A DNA stretch of 63,096 bases from Candidatus Omnitrophota bacterium (GTDB lineage Bacteria; Omnitrophota; Gorgyraeia; Duberdicusellales; 4484-171): contig JBDRAN010000032.1 in assembly GCA_043823745.1 (NCBI GenBank), forward strand, positions 1 to 63,096. The letters are read 5' to 3'. The notes below the pieces were generated by a model. It was not told where the DNA came from, searched no databases, and saw only the letters and a program-made list of their open reading frames with translations. This document shows positions 58,603 through 63,096 of the stretch, piece by piece; position 1 is the first letter of the stretch; each line of letters opens with the position of its first letter. The position numbers were made by a program, and so were the translations under genes.

Positions 58603-58628
58603 TACACTAATCTTATCAATCTTATCAA
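58603..58628. repeat. right direct repeat flanking the IS
   Basis: See 57153-57179. Confidence 0.7.
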
Positions 58629-58857
58629 TTCCACGCGCGCGGCTTCTAGCTTCAAACATTATGCGCATACGCGGGAGAATTCGTATGGTTTAAATCAAAA
58701 CTCATACGAGAAGCTGGATTCTTATCTACGATAGCTCTGACTTCTCGCGCAGGCATAAGCTCAATCGTCGCAAGTATCAATGCGTTATACTGCCACTAGC
58801 TAACAAACCACCGTATCTAAGGTAGAGTAAGCTCCTAAGAAAAGGGGGCTTATTCTT

Positions 58858-59133
58858 ATGAAATATCGCCAACGGACCAGTAAACAAAAGAGCCAAATAG
58901 TGCTTGAAGGACTTTCAGGACAAATCAATGTCAGCGCTTTTTGCCAGAAATATCAAATCTCCCAGACCCAGTATTATAAATGGCGCGATCTTTTTCTTAA
59001 AAAATGCCATCAGCCTTTTGAAGTTAAGCAACAAACCCTGAAGGAACAGCATTTGGAACAGAAAGTAAGTAAAGTAACTAAAATAATCGGCGGTCTCACC
59101 GTGGAGTTAAAAAGAGCGAGTACGGGGCTATGA
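58858..59133 (+). CDS. IS3-family transposase OrfA (HTH)
   Basis: 91 aa. FCQKYQISQTQYYKWRDLF is the typical IS3 OrfA helix-turn-helix, followed by a leucine-zipper-like tail. Confidence 0.7.
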   Translation: MKYRQRTSKQKSQIVLEGLSGQINVSAFCQKYQISQTQYYKWRDLFLKKCHQPFEVKQQTLKEQHLEQKVSKVTKIIGGLTVELKRASTGL

Positions 59134-59450
59134 GACGAAGACGTTTTCAATCCACAGTCGCTCGTGACATAGAATTATTATCCATGATAGAACCTATCAA
59201 GACTGACCATCCCCTCTGGGGATACAGGCGCATATGGTCGTATCTGAAATACCGCCAGGAATACTCTACCGGTATCAATAGAGTCTATCGGGCTATGGAA
59301 AAGCATATGTTCTTGGTCACTAAGCAGCAGTGCCTTAGATCCAACCGAGACCCAATAAAACCTAAGCCTATCGCGGATAAGCCCGATCAGTTCTGGGGTA
59401 TCGATACGACCAAGATCCGCATGACTACCTGGGGGGTATACCTAATATAA
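59130..59450 (+). pseudogene. IS3-family OrfB, 3'-truncated after the start of the integrase core
   Basis: HPLWGYRRIWSYLK matches HTH_21, and then QFWGIDTTKI covers the first catalytic D region. The ORF ends after 106 aa, so the rest of the DDE domain is absent. Confidence 0.65.
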
Positions 59451-59625
59451 CTTCATGAGAAAATGGGCTCTACTGAGAAAAAATAGCTTTCAGTACAAAA
59501 TCTATCCATTTAGATCAATTTTTTGTTGGAATTAATATTGAAACGTCCATTTCTGTATTGCCTTTCTAACTAAATGAGAGGTGTACCAGCCATTTTTGAT
59601 GATTTTTTCATTTCGAATAATGTTC

Positions 59626-60528
59626 TTACCTTTGCCGAGAACAAACCGATACTATCCTTTTAATATGATCGTGAAGCTTGAAAAATTCCTGCTTTCGTAT
59701 TTCAAGTAATTTCGTACTAAGTTTTAATGCTGCCCCTAACGGATCATTTCCATGGTAAACCACTTCTTTAAAACTCGCCCTCTTCCAATATCGGAACGAT
59801 TTGTAAATATTCGGGTCGCTAGGATTATCTTCGATATCATAAACGACAAAATCCGTTCCGACAGTAAGTGCAAATATGCCTAAATGCAAGCTCCTTGCGA
59901 TAACTGCCTTTGCATTGGCTATTATTGTCATTACTATTTCAGCTGAATGAGTTACCGGTGCTGGCTTATGTCTACCAGTCCATGTCCTGCGAAGCCATGG
60001 ACGTGTGTCAACAGGAATTACATGTTCAAATTGATCGCTCCATAAAGCTAGTGCTTCATCAACATCTACTACTATGTATTTACCTGGAGTATAATCCTTG
60101 AGGAATTCAAAACGTGGATTCGCTAGTAAAACATCCCAAGACAAAGGCTTAACATACATAGCAGAACATGGAACCTCGTATACCTGCTGATTGACATATT
60201 TCCTGATAATGGCTGCCGATTCGGAGTCCCTCGCAGAAAGGTAAGACCACTCTTTGAAAAAGGAATAATCTATTTTCCTATCGATACGCATTCCAATAGC
60301 ATTGAGAATATGGGGTCCTTTCATCATGAAGTGTTCCAACAGAGGGGGCCAATTCCCGCCGTAATAGTATCCACCACCGACCACGCAACAATATTTACCC
60401 GAAGAACGGCTTGCTGGTATTGTGGGAACACCTGCCTCGCTCAATACCTTCAATGTACCCTGAAGAATTGCGAAATCACCTACGGAAAAATGCCACAAAC
60501 TCACCGTTACAAGTTCAACCGGTTTCAT
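59626..60528 (-). CDS. polysaccharide pyruvyl transferase family protein
   Basis: 300 aa. SVGDFAILQG, VVGGGYYYG, SARDSES and VIARSLHLGIFALTVGTDFVVY match the PS_pyruv_trans pattern. Confidence 0.6.
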   Translation of the reverse strand: MKPVELVTVSLWHFSVGDFAILQGTLKVLSEAGVPTIPASRSSGKYCCVVGGGYYYGGNWPPLLEHFMMKGPHILNAIGMRIDRKIDYSFFKEWSYLSARDSESAAIIRKYVNQQVYEVPCSAMYVKPLSWDVLLANPRFEFLKDYTPGKYIVVDVDEALALWSDQFEHVIPVDTRPWLRRTWTGRHKPAPVTHSAEIVMTIIANAKAVIARSLHLGIFALTVGTDFVVYDIEDNPSDPNIYKSFRYWKRASFKEVVYHGNDPLGAALKLSTKLLEIRKQEFFKLHDHIKRIVSVCSRQR

Positions 60529-61412
60529 TTAAATATCCTCCATTCTAAAGTGGGCTTTGGTTTACCTGTTTGCCTATGAACATTCTCGGCATGTTTAATT
60601 AGAGCACATATGTCATTTGAGGTTGCATTATTGAAGTTAATTATCCAGTTTGGTGTTTTCTCCGAAAACTTTGCGCCCCCGATAGTATGCCCTCTTATAC
60701 CCGGCAAATCGTCAAAAGTACCTCCATATTCCCGATTCCCCCCTAAAAAAACAGAACCAGCGTTAGGAAATGCCCGATCTTGTCCTTTCGTGTAACCCTT
60801 GAAACGTTCAGTATTTTGAATAATTTCGGTTTTGCTACGAACTGTTAATATTAGTTTGATTGATAAAATCGCCCAATTACTATGTTTATGGAATATGCTT
60901 TCTCGATACCGAAACATACATTCTTCTTTACTTAAAGAAAACATTTTTACTCCGTCGAAGACATCTACTTTTTCAACCACATTTGACGTAAACATTTTGC
61001 TCTCGGGCCACCATCCCGTATTCATAAAAACAAAACCACCGATAGTGCCCGGAATCGGAAAAGCAAACTCAAGCCCTCCAAGTTCGTGTTCGAGGCATAC
61101 GTCACACAGCTGCTGCATTGATGCCCCTGCATCAGCCGTAATTGTGTATCCGTCAAATTGGTAACTATTGAATTGCAATGTATTGATTACAACTCCGGGA
61201 AATCCCTTATCATCGGCAAGGACGTTTGCGCCTTTTCCCAACATTACAAACGGAATATCTTTGCCCAAGCATTCCACAACAATATGTTTTATTTCCTCCG
61301 AAGAACGGGGAAAAACCATATACCTTGCTGGCCCACCCACTTTTAAGGTTATGTGTTTGCTGAGAGGTTCATTTTCGATAAGCTTGCCGCGATAGGATTT
61401 AATCTGTTTCAT
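60525..61412 (-). CDS. murB: UDP-N-acetylenolpyruvoylglucosamine reductase (MurB)-like flavoenzyme
   Basis: 295 aa. TLKVGGPARY, MLGKGANVL, FRYRES, PNAGSVF and NATSND match the short type-II MurB pattern. The stop overlaps the pyruvyl-transferase start (ATGA). Confidence 0.75.
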   Translation of the reverse strand: MKQIKSYRGKLIENEPLSKHITLKVGGPARYMVFPRSSEEIKHIVVECLGKDIPFVMLGKGANVLADDKGFPGVVINTLQFNSYQFDGYTITADAGASMQQLCDVCLEHELGGLEFAFPIPGTIGGFVFMNTGWWPESKMFTSNVVEKVDVFDGVKMFSLSKEECMFRYRESIFHKHSNWAILSIKLILTVRSKTEIIQNTERFKGYTKGQDRAFPNAGSVFLGGNREYGGTFDDLPGIRGHTIGGAKFSEKTPNWIINFNNATSNDICALIKHAENVHRQTGKPKPTLEWRIFK

Positions 61413-61524
61413 AGGTTTTATTAACTGTAGCTCTTTATTTTTTAAGCTGAGTTTTATCTATGTTGTATACTATTAACAAAGGGCTATTTTAAGTTAGTAT
61501 TGGCTCCAAAAAGAGTACGTTCTA

Positions 61525-62466
61525 TCAGGGCATAAAGTTCTCGATGAATAATTTGGCCATTTTTTTTGGAGAATGATTATGTACAAAAGTTGCATTTGGA
61601 ATTTTATTGTCTGAGAGAGCTTCTGCTATCCCCTGCCCCAATGCTTCTAAGTTTATTTTTGCTTTGGCGCATGCTTCATTTTGTGGGTCACTTAAGATGT
61701 CAAAAGGCGACAGTATGGGTGTAACATCCAACTCATAAAAACCAGGCAGGAATCTTTGACAAATTTCTTTTGTCCAGAAGCTTTTGAAAGCCGCTACTTT
61801 AGCTCCACAAGAAATAGCTTCGTGAGCCATAGTGCTATCTGATTCAAATAGATTATCGACAACCCACATCTTAGTAGCATTTAATATCTGCACTAATCTA
61901 ACAGGATCAGTAACCCTTCCTAAATAAGGAACATTGGGTATGCCAGGATTATCTCCTATCACACATATCTTATAACGAGTAGCCAGATATCCCACATATC
62001 TTCTAAAATGCGGCTGTGTTTTATATGCTCTTCTAGGCCAGTACATAAATCCTAAATCGTAAGGCCTCTTAGTCTTTAGATTTTTAAAATCTGGGTGAAC
62101 CAGACAAGGTATCAAGGTAAAATTAACATCCCTATAACCCTCCGGAGCATAATTAGGAAATATGAACTTAGCCATGGCTATTAGGCCTTTTGGCAGTCCC
62201 CAATTCAGTTTATGCCCATGTGTAGGCCCCATATGCCATACGATTGTTCTTTTTGCTGGCATAGCCCGTGTATAGTACAGAGCAGAACACACTATGATAT
62301 CTGCCTTTACATTAAGCTGTTCTTTCCACCTGAAATTTGTAGGAAAATAAGGGGATTGGCCCCTTCCTACCACGTTCACTCCGGCAGAAGATAATGCATT
62401 AGCAAACAGCACTAGAGTTTTAGCTCCTCCGTACATACCGCCGACAAAGTCTACTCTTATTCTCAT
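61525..62466 (-). CDS. GT-B-like glycosyltransferase-like ORF, possibly the 3' part of a decayed longer gene
   Basis: 313 aa. It has a weak GT4-like C-terminal motif (STMAHEAISCGAKVA). 73 sense codons continue in frame upstream of the ATG without any start codon. Confidence 0.35.
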   Translation of the reverse strand: MRIRVDFVGGMYGGAKTLVLFANALSSAGVNVVGRGQSPYFPTNFRWKEQLNVKADIIVCSALYYTRAMPAKRTIVWHMGPTHGHKLNWGLPKGLIAMAKFIFPNYAPEGYRDVNFTLIPCLVHPDFKNLKTKRPYDLGFMYWPRRAYKTQPHFRRYVGYLATRYKICVIGDNPGIPNVPYLGRVTDPVRLVQILNATKMWVVDNLFESDSTMAHEAISCGAKVAAFKSFWTKEICQRFLPGFYELDVTPILSPFDILSDPQNEACAKAKINLEALGQGIAEALSDNKIPNATFVHNHSPKKMAKLFIENFMP

Positions 62467-63034
62467 AATTGGCTTTCTATATCTTTCATTCTTCTCTAGA
62501 TCTTTAATAGTTTCGGCCGATAACGTTTCCTTCAGAAGTATAGAGTATGTTTCTTCGAAAACCTTGTTTCTATTTTTTTTATTTATAGGCCGGTCTACGA
62601 GAACTTCAGTTTTAGGAAATTCGCACTCGATAAATTTGAATAATTTACTTATACGCTTCTTTCCATCTATAGACGGCCTAATGATTTAATTTTTCATTGA
62701 AACGAAATATCTGAGATTCATTAAATATTCTGTAAAACCTTGGATCTTCGCAACGAGGAAGGTTTACTTTCAGAAAAGCTCTCCATCCGCTGTTATGAAG
62801 CGTGGCTGAGATATAACTAGCTTTACTCTGACTAATACCTGGAACATACACATAGTTTTATACTTGCCGTCTTCTATCTATGAAGATATATAAATTTGCA
62901 CTTCTACGGGCTATTCCACCGAGAATACATCCGTTTTTTAATTCTGGCACATACCCTAGTGTAGTGTCCCATAAATAACTTGACTTATATGTAAGGTTGC
63001 TGTATGATTGATCTTGTGAGTAACATTGCAGAAC
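62467..63034 (-). pseudogene. stop- and frameshift-interrupted coding remnants upstream of the GT-like ORF
   Basis: There are three open segments. 62467-62685 is in frame with 61525-62466. 62681-62857 and 62861-63034 share a second frame and are separated by TAA at 62858-62860. None has a start codon. Confidence 0.3.
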
Positions 63035-63096
63035 CTATCGTTTTGATGCCTGAGGAGCGCTCTGTTTTGGATAAGTGGAGCAACCAGCGGAGCATT
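63004..63096 (+). CDS. possible 5' end of an IS630-like transposase/HTH protein (partial, runs off the window)
   Basis: MIDLVSNIAEPIVLMPEERSVLDKWSNQRSI resembles the L-x-EE-R-x-x-L-x-x-W N-terminal pattern of IS630-family proteins. Only 31 codons are visible. Confidence 0.25.
   Translation, partial: MIDLVSNIAEPIVLMPEERSVLDKWSNQRSI

Noticed and set aside
62858-62860. In-frame TAA within an apparent coding remnant as evidence of stop-codon reassignment
   Set aside because: TAA terminates many well-supported genes in this window, for example dapL and the metallophosphoesterase gene. The remnant also carries a frameshift and lacks a start codon, so simple gene decay explains it.
1-63096. CRISPR arrays, rRNA genes, prophage or recognisable defence, toxin-antitoxin or retron modules
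   Set aside because: No regularly spaced direct repeats were seen, and no rRNA-like conserved blocks. No reverse transcriptase, Cas, restriction-modification or toxin-like ORFs were found. The only repeats found belong to the IS element ends and short regulatory-looking motifs.

Overview
The window splits into two parts. Positions 1-57055 look like core bacterial chromosome. About 55 genes and one tRNA all lie on the minus strand, tightly packed, and most are recognisable housekeeping genes. These include ligA, fmt, priA, mtaB, rsmE, uvrA, panC and folK. They also include a contiguous argCJBDFGH + lysA-dapFAB-dapL block, rsmA-pdxA-surA, mfd, secDF-yajC, rpsP, trpE and hisIF. A crcB gene sits behind a clear fluoride riboswitch. 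SurA, ExbB/ExbD/TonB-like proteins and HydG suggest an anaerobic diderm, but I cannot assign a taxon from sequence alone. From about 57056 to the end the DNA is visibly more AT-rich and looks like an accessory island. It carries a frameshifted ISNCY/IS1202-like element with 26-27 bp direct repeats, a truncated IS3-family element and a possible IS630-like start at the window edge. Between these sits a small glycan-modification module: a pyruvyl-transferase-like gene, a MurB paralogue and a GT-like ORF that appears to be the tail of a decayed gene. No CRISPR array, rRNA or recognisable defence system was seen. The most unusual items are a signal-peptide-bearing Memo-AMMECR1 fusion, a PriA with degenerate helicase motifs and a minimal Mfd. 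Others are an ExbBD/TonB-like operon extended by three tiny unexplained genes, an orphan HydG, and a structured 290-nt intergenic region. All functional calls rest on motif recognition by eye, with no database search.
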